From Basidiobolus meristosporus CBS 931.73 (lineage: Eukaryota > Fungi > Basidiobolomycota): a DNA stretch of 57,551 nt. Below, piece after piece: positions 11,319-23,089 of this stretch. Every line of letters begins with the position of its first letter. Position 1 is the stretch's first letter. The position numbers and the translations under genes are program-made. The notes below the pieces were generated by a model. The model saw only the letters and a program-made list of their open reading frames with translations. It was not told the origin of the DNA and did not search any database. The stretch lies in assembly GCA_002104905.1 (NCBI GenBank), contig MCFE01000563.1, forward strand, positions 1 to 57,551, written 5' to 3'.

Positions 11319-13650
11319 TGTTGTAAAAATTTGTAAATCCACCTAATTACTCACCTAACTTAGTCACTTTGATCATTACCTTCAGATCCTAGAGAATACT
11401 GACCAAATTTCTTCCTGGGATATACTTAGAATATTTTCACCAAAATACCAGGTACCCAGAACATGAAAATTCTCAAAGTTGTCCAAACAGCCCCAAACTT
11501 TGCATATATGTTCTTGGGACCTTCCTCAACCTATTCTACGTGTTTGTAATGCCAAGATCACTTAATAGTAAAAATACTACTTTTACATTTAATTGTCATT
11601 AAGTGAAAACCATATAATCTACTTGTCCTCCAAATCATATTCAATATCTCCAGACTCTTATAGCAGGTTATGAGCCCCAAGCTGTCTTGCTCTGCAAGGT
11701 CTACTACTGCTACTACTGGAATTTTTCCCTCTGTTGAAAGTTGGATGGATCTAACTTCCAACTGTGGAAGGTGAAGATGAAGATGCTGCTACAAGAAAGA
11801 GGCCTTTGGTATATTGTCATGGGAGAAGAATGCCCTCCTAAAAATTTGGGAGAGGAGCCCTTTAGGTATCAGAAGAAAGAAAAAAGTTCCTTCAACTGCA
11901 TTTGTCTTAAGGTTAAAGACAAATTTCTAATTCAATGCTCAACAGCAAAAACAGCAAAGAATGCCTGGAAGGTGTTAGCAGATATCCACTAGTCATGATC
12001 AGCTGCTAAGAAAAAGTATTTGAGACAAATATTTCTTTACTACAAAGATGCTGCCAGGAGAAGGATTGAAAAATCTAATAGTCATAATTACCCTGCTGGT
12101 AGATGAGACAGAATCTGTGGGTGTACTAATTACTTGTTACAATGTGATAGTAACCATCCTGAATAGCCCTCAGACAAAGTTTTGGAGATCTGCAATGACT
12201 GAGGAATATCAGGCCTTGATGGAAAATCAAACTTGGAACTTTGTCAAATTACCAATCACACAAAAATCAATTGTATGCTGAAGAGTCTTTAAGACAAAAC
12301 ACAAGGCTGATGGTACAATTGAAAGATACAAAGCAACACTTGTAGCCAATGGATACTCTCAAACAAAAGGACATGACTATAGTAACACCTTTGCACCAGT
12401 AGCAAGTTTAATTCCATTAGATTAGTATTGGCCATTGCAGCCAAATATAAGCTTTTTATTCATCAAATGGATGAAAAACTGCATTTCTGAATAGAGAACT
12501 TGATGAGGGTATGTATATGGACCAGCCTGATGGGCATGTTGACCAAGATAACTCCCATTTGGTCTGCATGCTTAAAAAGTCTCTATATGGTCTCAAACAA
12601 CCACCAAGAGCCTGGAATTGCATGATGGATTCTTATTTGGAATCTTTAAGTTTCCAAAGGAGTAATGCTATCTATAGTACATAATATAAGCCTGATAGAG
12701 TAAATCCAGTTCTATTAGCTCTGTATGTTGATGATCTTATTATAGCCACTGATAATCTAGAAACATTGGAAGAGACTAAATGCAGCCTATCTAAGAGGTT
12801 AAGATGTATGATCTAGGAGAACTCAGTTATTACTTATGGATTAAGTTCTCCATAGATAGAAGTACCCAGACTATTACTCTAAGCCAGTCCAAGTATATTC
12901 AAGACATACTAAAGAAGTACAAAATGGAAGACTGTAAACTGGCAGCTACCCCAATGAGGACAAACCTTAACTTGGTCAAACTCAACCAAATCAAGAGAGC
13001 ATGGTGCCATCTTAAAGCCCTGACTTTCCTTATCCACCTGTGATTGGCAGTCTGATATATATTATGCTTGGAACACATCCAGATATCTCATATTCAGTAG
13101 GAGTTGTCAGCCCACATAATCAGATCTATGGATTTGCGCATATTGCAGCAGTTAAGCAGATTTTTAGATACCTAAGAGGAACTGCTGATATCTGCTAAAG
13201 ATACACTTATTAGGACTCAGATCAGGATCTTGTGGGATGCTCTGATGCTGATTGGGGACAAAATTTGGAAGACAGAAGATCCACCACAAGATACATCTTC
13301 TTTACTGTAAAGGAGCAATTTTATGGAACTGAAGAAAGCAGCCAACCATAGCACTTTCTACCACATAGGCAGAGTACATGACAGCCTCTGAAGCTACAAA
13401 AGAAGCAATGTGGTTAAGGAAGCTTTTACGGATTTAGGCCTATGTCAAAAAATGCCTATTACTTTATTTCAAGATAATCAAGGGTGTATACCATTAGGTA
13501 GAAATCCAACTTTTTGTACTAGAACAAAGCACATAGATATTAGACTTCATTTCATACGTGAAGCTATAGAGAGTAACTTAATTAGCTTTGTATACTGTCC
13601 TTCAGATGAAATGGTTGCAGATATATTTACCAAACCATTAGCTAGGGACA

Positions 13651-14171
13651 TGTTATGAATAGACACAAGGCAGGAGGAAAAGCTAGGCACGGCAGGAAAG
13701 GACTTAGGTGTGGACCATCAAGGCAAGGCAGGATTCAAGGCAAGGCTGTTTATTCAAGACCTGTGTTTATCAGACTGAGGAATACTTAAGGGGGGATAGG
13801 ACTATATATACTTTTTGGCTATATTGATGCCGAGAGATGTTAGCTAATACTAATGGGGTTGTGGGGTGAGGCACAGCAATGGTGCTGGGGATAATGACAT
13901 AGATGACATGGTACTGAGACAGGATGGGGAAATGGATTGGGTCACCTGATCATGTGGCCAAGTCATGTGACCTGGTATTTCCATATATGGTACTGGACTA
14001 TAAAAAATACAATGGAAAGCTTCCATGGAATGTTCCATTGTGTAACAATGATTTGGAATGGTCAGGAACTTTCTGGAAGGTGGTAGAAGGTTCCGGAAGG
14101 AATCTCTTGGAAATTGAGCTGGGAAGCTGAAACTTGGCATGGGTGTTCATGGTTGTCATGTGATCATGACA
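13651..14171 (-). repeat. Chromovirus 3' LTR
   Basis: ~98% identical to 19033-19553; adjoins the PPT. Confidence 0.95.
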
Positions 14172-17100
14172 CTATTCTCCTCTTCCAGGCGGAGCTCTGT
14201 TTCCCTTTGGGGCAGGTTTTGCAGGATATTGTTGGTGGAACTGGGTAACTAGTTCTTGACAATTAGTGAGATGTGTAGCTGGTTCCCATGTTTGGTCACT
14301 TGGGCCATAACCAATCCAGTCTACTAAGTAGTACAGCTTTGACCGGATATACTTGGAGTCTAGAATCTGTTTAACTTCAAATTCTTGATGTTGGTCAACC
14401 TGGATAGCTTGGGGCTTTGCTTCTTGCCGGTTTGGCAATGTGTTCCTACAATACGGCTCCAGGAGGGACACATGGAAAGTATCATGGATTTTCATACTTG
14501 CTGGTAACTGTAGCTGATATACTATAGGGCTAAGCTTCTTCTTGATCTTGAGGGGACCAAGTTTCTTGAAATCCAACTTGTCACAAGGGCGGTTGGTGCT
14601 GATGTTTCTTCTGAGCAACCATACAGAATCTCCTTCATTACGATCAGGGCTGGGATGCCGTTTTAGATTGGCAAATTTCTTGTAGCTTTCCTGAGCTAAG
14701 GATAGCTCTTCCTTGAGGGTGTTCTGGATGTCCTGGATTGCTTGGGCATGTTCAGCTGCATGTGGGCTCATTGGGTTTGTTGGAATCTGGATATCAAACT
14801 GAGGGTGGAATCCATAGTTTGCATAGAATGGTGTAAAACCGGTTGCACTATGGCTTGAGTTGTTGTAGGCAAACTCAGCAATGGGGAGTAGATCAACCCA
14901 ATTGTCTTGCTGATAATTGATATAGCACCGGAGGTATTGCTCTAGAATCTGGTTGATTCTTTCAGTCTGGCCATCAGACTGTGGATGGAAGGCAGTAGAG
15001 AGCTTGACTTGAACACCAAGGTATTGCATGAAGTGTTTCCAAAACTTGGACACAAACTGTGGGCCTCTATCTGACACAATATCACTGGGGATACCATGAA
15101 GGCGGAAAATATTCTTCAGGACTAAAGCAGCAGTTTCTTTTGCATCAGTGTTCTTACAGCAAGGGATAAAGTGAGCCATCTTGGTCAGCCGGTCAGCCAC
15201 TACAAGTATAGCATTGAAGCCACATGACTCAGGGAGGTCAGTAATGAAGTCCATAGATATAGATCTCCATTGGTGTTCTGGGATAGGCAGGGGTTGAAGA
15301 AGTCCATAGGGCTGGTGTCTGGCTGGTTTTGCACGGTTGCAAATATCACAAGTCAGAATGTACTCTTTGATAAGAGTTATCATTCTAGGCCACCAGAAAT
15401 CTCTTTTGATAGCATTCAAGGTTTTGGCAGTACCAAAGTGGCCTGCAGCCATTGAATCATGCCAAGACTTAATGATGTCTAGCTGGGTGGCAAGGTCTGG
15501 GATATAAAGCTGCTGCTTGTGGTAGATGAGGTTGTTTACCAAATGCAGGTTCTGGATGTTTGGGAACTTGGGAGGGGGCCCAACTGGGGATTCCAGATAT
15601 TTCTTGATGGTGCTGGAAGTCATATCAGAGGCTTGGGATTCTGATATCCTTACTAGGAATGAAGGGATGACAAGACTTGAGGACTGGGTGGCAAGAATCT
15701 CAAAATGTTTCTTGCTCAGCAATGGGTGTTCCATTTGCCGAACAGGCATCATCTCCCTCTTCCAGGGCGTATTCCTTTTTTCTGGACAGGGCATCAGGCT
15801 TTCCTTGCTTTGCACCAGGTCTATAGGTGATAGTAAAGTCAAAGCTGGACAGGAAGAGTGACCATCTGGCTTGTCTCCGGTTTAGTACTTTGGAAGTTGC
15901 AAAGTACTCAAGGTTCTTATGGTCACAGAAGACTTTGATTTTGTGTTTTGCACCGTCCAGGTAGTGTCTCCATTGCTCAAAGGCTACAATGATGGCAAGC
16001 AACTCCTTATCATAGATATCATAGTTGATCTCTGCAGGGGAAAACTTCCAGAGAGTAGAATGCAATGGGGTGCAACACATTGTCCTCATCATACTGGGAG
16101 AGTATGGCACCAAGGGCAAAATCAGAAGCATCAGTCTCCACTATGAATTGCTTCTCAAGGTCAGGGTGGGCAAGCAGGGGGGCCTTCAGGAAAGATTTCT
16201 TGAGTTGGTTGAATGAGCTGGATTGCTCCTCATTCCAGGCAAAAGGTGTGTTCTTCTGGGTAAGCTTTGTCAGAGGGGTGACTATCTTGGAGTAGTTGGC
16301 TATGAACCTGCGATAGAAGTTGGCAAATCCCAGGAAGGATTGTACTTCCTTGACTGAGCTTGGAGTTTTCCAGGATTGGACTGAGTCAACTTTCTTTGGG
16401 TCCATTCTTGTTCCCTCAGGGCTGATGAGGTAACCAAGAAATTCCACTTCTCTCTGGTCAAATTCACACTTCTCTAACTTGGCATAGAGACCGGCAGAGT
16501 CTAGTTTTCTCAATACTTTCTTGACATGTTCATCATGTTCATCTTGGCTCTTGGAGTATATGAGAATATCATCAAGGTAGATTACCACAAACTGGTCAAG
16601 GTATTCACGGAATATGTCATTCATGAGGTGTTGAAACACAGCAGGGGCATTGGTGAGGCCAAATGGCATTACTTTGTACTCAAAGTGACCATATCTTGTG
16701 CAAAAGGCAGTTTTCCATTCATCACCAGGCTTGATTCTGACAAGATTGTAAGCTCCTCTCAAGTCTATCTTGGTGAAGACTTGGGCAGCAGATAGCTGAT
16801 CCAACAGTGTGTTGATCAGGGGCAGGGGGTAGCGGTTCTTGACTGTGATCTTATTCAAAGCACGGTAGTCCACACACATTCTGAGGGTGCCATCCTTCTT
16901 CTTGACAAAGAGGATTGGGGCTCCAGCAGGTGATTTGGAGTGCTGAATAAAACCCTTCTGGAGGTTTTCTTGAATATAACCATGGAGTTCTTTCAACTCC
17001 GGCTGGGAGAGGTTATATATTGGGCCAAATGGAGGGACTTTTCCATCTTCAAGGTCAATAGGGCAGTCATAAGGCCGATGGTCAGGGAGGAGTTCTGCTT

Positions 17101-17722
17101 TCTTCTTGTCAAAGACATGGGCAAACTCTTGGTACTTGGCTGGTATAGTTGCTGAGGGGGCTCCTTCAGCTGGCAAGGTATCTTGGGCTGTTGAACTGTT
17201 GGCAACCGTCTTTTCACGGTTATCAGGGTCTGGAGATTTCATGGAGTTGACTTGGTGGGATCTGGTGAATGACAGGATCTTGGATTTCCAATCAATACTT
17301 GGATTGTGGTAGCTCAACCATGAGCTTCCAAGCACAATAGGATAGTGTGGTGAGTTGATGATGTTGAAGGCAATTCTTTCTTGGTGGGCAGTACTGGACA
17401 GCTGGAGTAAGCATGTTTCATGGGTAACGGCACCAGAGGAGAGTGATCTTCCATCAATAACTTCTACTTGGACTGGACAGGATTTCAAGGTAACAGGAAT
17501 AGAGTGCTTCTGGACAAAGGCTTGGTCAATGAAACAGGATGAAGCACCGGAATCAATCAGGGCTAGGGCTGGGACAGGACTGGAGTCAGGGATCTGGATT
17601 TTGACAGGCATTCTCAAGGACTGGATAGATTTTGTGGCAAAGGAAGATTCTTGGATATGCTGGATTTTCATGGGTGGGTCCAGTTGCAAGCCTGTCAGTG
17701 CAACTGGACATTGGAGTTTCCC
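14172..17722 (-). CDS. pol: Gypsy Pol polyprotein (PR-RT-RNase H-integrase-chromodomain), split by about 2 frameshifts
   Basis: [12 protein letters not shown] (PR); YLDDILIYS (RT); [10 protein letters not shown] and [12 protein letters not shown] (RH); [10 protein letters not shown]...[28 protein letters not shown] (IN); FEVKQILDS...[17 protein letters not shown] (chromodomain). ORFs 16019-17689, 15700-16131, 14172-15842. Confidence 0.95.
17678..17722 (-). promoter_or_regulatory. -1 programmed ribosomal frameshift signal (gag-pol)
   Basis: In-frame heptamer G GGA AAC (17722-17716), 6-nt spacer, perfect 11-bp hairpin GTCCAGTTGCA/TGCAACTGGAC with a 10-nt loop; pol is in the -1 frame relative to gag. 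Confidence 0.85.
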
Positions 17723-18626
17723 GACAGATCTGAATCAGGTTGGTTGCTGGAGGACTGCATCAGCTTGAAGCTGGACTTCTTGTTGGGGCAGGACTTGGCA
17801 AAGTGACCTGGTTGGCCACAGTATAGACAGAGGTTGGCTTGTTGACGTCTGGACTTTTCACTCTTTGATAGTTTCTTGTATTTGGCACTATCAATCTGCA
17901 TAGGATCTTCTGGAGTGACTTGGGGAGCAGGAGGGGCTGGGACTGCAACAGGAATGTGTCTTTGACGGTTCTTTTGCTTCTTCTGGAATAGTCTGTTATC
18001 ACACCGGATTGCTTGGTGCATAGCTTCAACCAATGTATCTGGATCTGGGAGTGTGAGTAGCAGATCACAAACTTCATCATTGAGGCCATCTTGGAATTGG
18101 CTAATCAAGGCTGCTTGACCCCAGGAGCTGAGGTCACTGGAGAGTTGTCGGAATTCTGAGGCATAGACTGATGCTGGTTTGTTCCCTTGCTTGAGGGTCT
18201 TGATCTTGTTGGCAGCAGTTCTGGCTTGGTCAAGGTTACCAAATGTTAGCTCCATTTCAGTGAGAAAGCTTGGTAGTCTCTGAGGAGGGGAGAGTTGGTC
18301 TCCACTAATGGGGAGAACCACTTGAGAGCTGTACCAGTAAGCAGGTTGGAGATGAAACCAACTTTGGCCTGGTCAGTGGGGTACCGGTTGGGCTGGAGTG
18401 CAAGATTGTTCTTCACCATGTTGATGAAGCCACGGAATTCATTCTGAGAGCCATTGAACTTGGTAGCAGGAGTATACTTGGGTTCTTGGTAGACTGGGAC
18501 ATGGCTAGTTTGCTGGACACTTTGGTTCTGGAACTGAGCAAGAGTGTTTCTGAGGTCTGCATGGTCTTGCTGCAGTTGGGTAAAGGCAGCCATGAGCTGG
18601 GCAAAGTTCAGCTCTAGGTTGGACAT
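17695..18626 (-). CDS. gag: Gypsy Gag with CCHC zinc knuckle, one frameshift near 18310
   Basis: [12 protein letters not shown]...[17 protein letters not shown] (retrotransposon gag); [16 protein letters not shown]; [14 protein letters not shown]. Confidence 0.9.
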
Positions 18627-19019
18627 GGTAGCAGAGGAAGGCGGATGAACTTGCAAGGAATACTGGAATATACTAAACTAGATTGTGGGTTTGTAAAGCC
18701 ACTAGTATGTCAAGAATACAACTATTGAGCCACAATCCCCAACTTAAATAAGTTAGCGTCACTTCAGAAGGTACTGGTTTCAACGTCCTTTGATAGAGTA
18801 TTGTACTAAAGCTTCCAATACTGTAACAACTGTAAACTCCACCAGCAGGGTAATAAAGTGAATGCAGCTTTGACCAATAGTTTTACAAAGATAAAGTATC
18901 TTTGCCTTTATAGGACAAGACTAGGGAAAGATGATGGGTGATACTTACGGTGAGTATTCCTTTTACAAGTTTTCTTCAAACTTTGGGCAGAAGGCAGGGA
19001 TCCACAGGTAAGTCAGGAG

Positions 19020-19030
19020 AGTCTGATAAA
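19020..19030 (-). promoter_or_regulatory. Self-priming PBS of the chromovirus
   Basis: The PBS (TTTATCAGACT on the minus strand, 2 nt after the 5' LTR) is perfectly complementary to 11 nt within the LTR (19148-19158), which lie just downstream of a TATATATA box. Confidence 0.8.
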
Positions 19031-19032
19031 AC

Positions 19033-19553
19033 TGTTATGAATAGACACAAGGCAGGAGGAAAAGCTAGGCACGGCAGGAAAGGACTTAGGTGTGGACCAT
19101 CAAGGCAAGGCAGGATTCAAGGCAAGGCTGTTTATTCAAGACCTGTGTTTATCAGACTGAGGAATACTTAAGGGGGGATAGGACTATATATACTTTTTGG
19201 CTATATTGATGCCGAGAGATATTAGCTAATACTAATGGGGTTGTGGGGTGAGGCACAGCAATGGTGCTGGGGATAATGACATAGATGACACGGCACTGAG
19301 ACAGGATGGGGAAATGGATTGGGTCACCTGATCATGTGACTAAGTCATGTGACCTGGTATTTCCATATATGGTACTGGACTATGAAAAATACGATGGAAA
19401 GCTTCCATGGAATGTTCCATTGTGTAACAATGGTTTGGAATGGTCAGGAACTTTCTGGAAGGTGGTAGAAGGTTCCAGAAGGAATCTCTTAGAAATTGAG
19501 CTAGGAAGCTGAAACTTGGCATGGGTGTTCATGGTTGTCATGTGATCATGACA
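19033..19553 (-). repeat. Chromovirus 5' LTR
   Basis: TG...CA, 521 bp, TATATATAG box near 19184-19192. Confidence 0.95.
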
Positions 19554-20699
19554 GGACAAGTTTGACTATCTTGGGTCAAAAATAGGACTAGTCAGTATGA
19601 ACATTTAGCTAAGTGGGAGTGTTGTAAAAAATTTGAAATTCCACCCATATATTCACCTAGCTTATTCACTTAGATCATTACCTTCAAATCCTAGATAATA
19701 CTGACCAAATTTCTTGTCAGGATTTACTTAGAATACTTTCACCAAAATACCAGGTACCCAGAACATGAAAATTCTGAAAGTTGTTCAAACAGCCCCAAAC
19801 TTTGTATATATGCTCTTGGGACCTTCCTTAGCCTATTCAACATGTTTGTAATGCCAAGATCATTTAATAGTACAAATAATACTTTTACATGCAATAAATC
19901 ATTGAGTGAAAACCACATAATCTACTTGTCCTTGCAATCACTACCAATATCTCCAAGACTCTTACAACAGAAGGTAGGTGCAGTGATCAACTGCTAATCA
20001 GTAAGGGAGAAGTGTTACTGATAGATGGGATAACTTATTAATGAGGGATTGACTTCCCTTGAATATTATTCCAGAGTGCAAAGTGATTACTGATGGCAAG
20101 GTTCTATATGATGCCAGGCACCAGTGGAACTCTGGATGACATCACTATGAGCTAAAAGTACTCTAAGAAAGTCCTGGAAGGCTCTAAAAGGCACAGCACA
20201 TCCAACCAATCAGGGATCAGTAGTCTAAAGCTAGTGTAACATAGAGATACCATATATGATATGGAAATGGTGGGAATTGTAACACAGACTTGGGTTATAT
20301 GTCATGGGTACTGATACTGGTACCTGCCTAATGTAGATATACATACTGATCACTAAGCTGAGTAACATCTGAAATAACTAATGCTAATAACTAATCAGGG
20401 TAAACACCATATGGGGAAAATACACAAAATATGGGCTAAGTAGAATGGGATAATACTGATAAAATGAAAGATGGAAAGTGCATCATAATAGCTATACCAA
20501 TATACCTGTCTGTGGAATGTATGTTAACCCTACCACAGCAATGTCTGCGGTACAAGACTGACTTAAACTCACATGAGTATTGACAAAAAAGTGATATAAT
20601 AACATTACATTGTTGCGTGCCAAACTGTTTGCCCTATGGTCAAGACCAATTTGATTCAATACCGTAAGAGAAGAGATCAAAGATCATATGACTATTGTA

Positions 20700-22870
20700 G
20701 CAAGCCTCTCAGCCATGAAACACACTGACAGCATAGGAAGCATTACAAGGATCACAGCCAGTGTTTTGTCACACTAGTCATATTTGACCATTCACCAGTC
20801 ATTACTGTACTCACAATATCTTGCCAGCCACTTGATATTTCTATTACAGCATCTGACCATACTTGTCACCCTGCACAAACTGAGTCAGGTGAGTTTTTGA
20901 CACCTTTAGGCTCACCCCAGCCTTCTGAATATGGCATACAGAGTGATAGCTCTGAAGAAGCAGGCTCACTGGTGGATTGTGTGCCTATCTTCCCTGACAA
21001 CAGTACCCTGCATGAGCCTTGCAAAGTCCCATTATGCAATGAAACAATACCCATGAAAAAAATGCCAAGGATACTTTATGGAGTCAAGTGAGTCCAGTAA
21101 TCTATCTACTAGTGGAAGATGTGATCTTGTGGCTAGATAAGTGGTGTGTTTACACTAATATCAGTAATGGGGGCTTTGAGGATTTTCAACTACTTCTTGC
21201 CAAAATCATCCCAGGATATACTCACCATGTACATAGTATAAATGCAATACCATCATGTGGCTGGCAACATATGATCTTGAGACTGTCCTGATATCAGTGT
21301 GTATTAACAGTTGCATGGTGCTCACATCAGAAAACACTATCAATGCAAGGTATCCAACTTGTCAGGAATCCACCACCATTGGGGGAAAGCATTGCTCACA
21401 CCCTGGATATATTCCAGTAATACCCTGTCTAAAGAAGCTCATGCAGTCCAACAAACATTGTAATGCTATTAAGCACCTCACTCAGTCTCAACCAGGCACA
21501 AACATAACAGATATACTTGATGGCAAACATTACAAACAGCTAAAAAGCAAGGGTTACTTTGAAGGTATGTATGACCATGCCTTTGCCTCAGCACTTTATG
21601 GATTCTCATCAAACAAGTACTCTGCCAGCAAATCCTGCTGGCCACTGATTCTCATCAACCTGAATCTGCTGCCTATCTTACAGTATTGGAGCAGATATCT
21701 GATGGTAGCCCCACTGGTATCTGGGCCTAAATTACTGTCCAACCTGGATAGCTACCTGTATCCATTTGGTGGATGAAATCTGTATGCTTTCCAGTGGGAT
21801 AACAGTAAGTGGCCATCATGAAAGTGCATATCACTATCTGCATTGGAGATACCCCAGCCATCAGCTAGATAGCTGGTTTTGTAGGAATAATGGATGGTGG
21901 TGCTATCAAATGTGTGAGATCCAGGGGACTTACTCCATAACTCACACATATTTTTGTTACTCAAACACCAGCACTAAGAACATCATCTTTCCACAGAGAG
22001 AACATACAGAAGTCAGTATGCAATTACAGCAAAGTTGGCAAGCTATAAGCCATTGGCTGGAATATGGAATTAATTGGAAACCAGAGATACTTAATATAGA
22101 TGGTATCTGCTGGAGCAAAAGCTTTTTGCTGGGAGCTATGCATTGGCTTTTCAACAATATCCCTATACTGATGACCAAGTTGTACATTAGGCATTGCAAG
22201 CTATATGAGCTCTTCAAGACACCAGAGAAATCTGAAATAGTTGGCATAATATTACAGAGTACTCATTACCTTAAGAACTTCTCATGGGCTCCAATAAACA
22301 TTCATATGCATATGCAACACATATATCCTATGACATTATGAAGCTAAGTAGCCCCAATGCATGGGTAATTAGTTAAGTAATGCAAAATTGGGTTGGATGC
22401 AATAAGCAGTTAATTTTATTAGGAAAACTCTACCAAGGTATCCCAGATTTCTCTTGGTCACAAGCTAATTCCCACACTATTCAATATGGAACTCACACAA
22501 ACAAAAGCCAGAGCGCACCTATAAGGGGACCAGAATCTAGCAGGGAGAATGAATATATTGACTAAATAACAAAAGGGTCTTTGCAGATATTCATGAGGTA
22601 TACTTAGCAGAAATGGTGGCAACCAAGCATATATTTTCATGATGTATATGTTACCAGCAATACAAGGTATATGGTAACTTTGCAAGCATGACACCAAATG
22701 CTGTAAAGTTGAGGTGATAGAAGTATGTATTTGTGGCTGATGTGCGCATTTGTAGAGATTAGTAAACAGGAGGCCAGAGTACTTTTTGATTCAAACTATT
22801 TGTGAAATACCCAAGGTAGTAGTGAGTGAGCAAATACAGAGGGGTGATTCTACAGTGGAATATATGAATT
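20700..22870 (+). mobile_element. CACTA/EnSpm-type Tnp2 transposase relic, copy 2
   Basis: ORF 21255-21776: CINSCMVLT...YIPVIPCL...ITDILDGKHY...CWPLILINLNLLP...GPKLLSNLDSYLYP, a typical Transposase_21 motif series; homologous to 5340-7400. Confidence 0.8.
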
Positions 22871-23089
22871 GCAAAAGGGGAGGTAGAAAAAGGAAATACC
22901 ATTTGGTAAATTGGTATGGTAGCATTATACAGAACTAGCTGTAGGCCACCATACAGCTGTTATAATGCCATCAGAGGCTTGCAATGAGGCAACCAAAGCA
23001 CCGTCAAGTTTTACCACATAAGGCAAGTGAAGAACTTTTTTACCCAATATCATGAAATTCCGATTAAGAAGGTTTTCATGGGTGGCAAT

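Larger units (their letters stand above)
13651..19553 (-). mobile_element. Full-length young Ty3/gypsy chromovirus (Tf1/sushi-like)
   Basis: Two 521-bp TG...CA LTRs; 5-bp TSD GGACA (13646-13650, 19554-19558); PPT GGAAGAGGAGAATAG; gag, PR, RT, RH, IN and chromodomain all present. Confidence 0.97.
11319..19969 (+). mobile_element. Degenerate, internally deleted Ty1/copia element (copy A), interrupted by a gypsy insertion
   Basis: LTRs ~11319-11665 and 19620-19969; PBS GGTTATGAGCCCC; gag start (MDGSNFQLWKVKMK); RT/RNase H remnants 12170-13650 resume at 19554 up to the stop and PPT. Flanking TSDs do not match. Confidence 0.9.

Noticed and set aside
13850-14140. Small ORFs in the chromovirus LTRs (also 19306-19522)
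   Set aside because: They recur only because the LTR is duplicated; one is truncated in the second LTR.
15270-17768. Several + strand ORFs over the gypsy pol, and antisense ORFs over the arrestin and LtaS-like genes
   Set aside because: Shadow frames of real coding sequence; no recognisable motifs.
11314-19974. Target-site duplications for copia A, arm C and the solo LTR at 42298
   Set aside because: The 5-bp flanks do not match (e.g. TGATT vs GAAGG), so no TSD is claimed; probably lost by later recombination.
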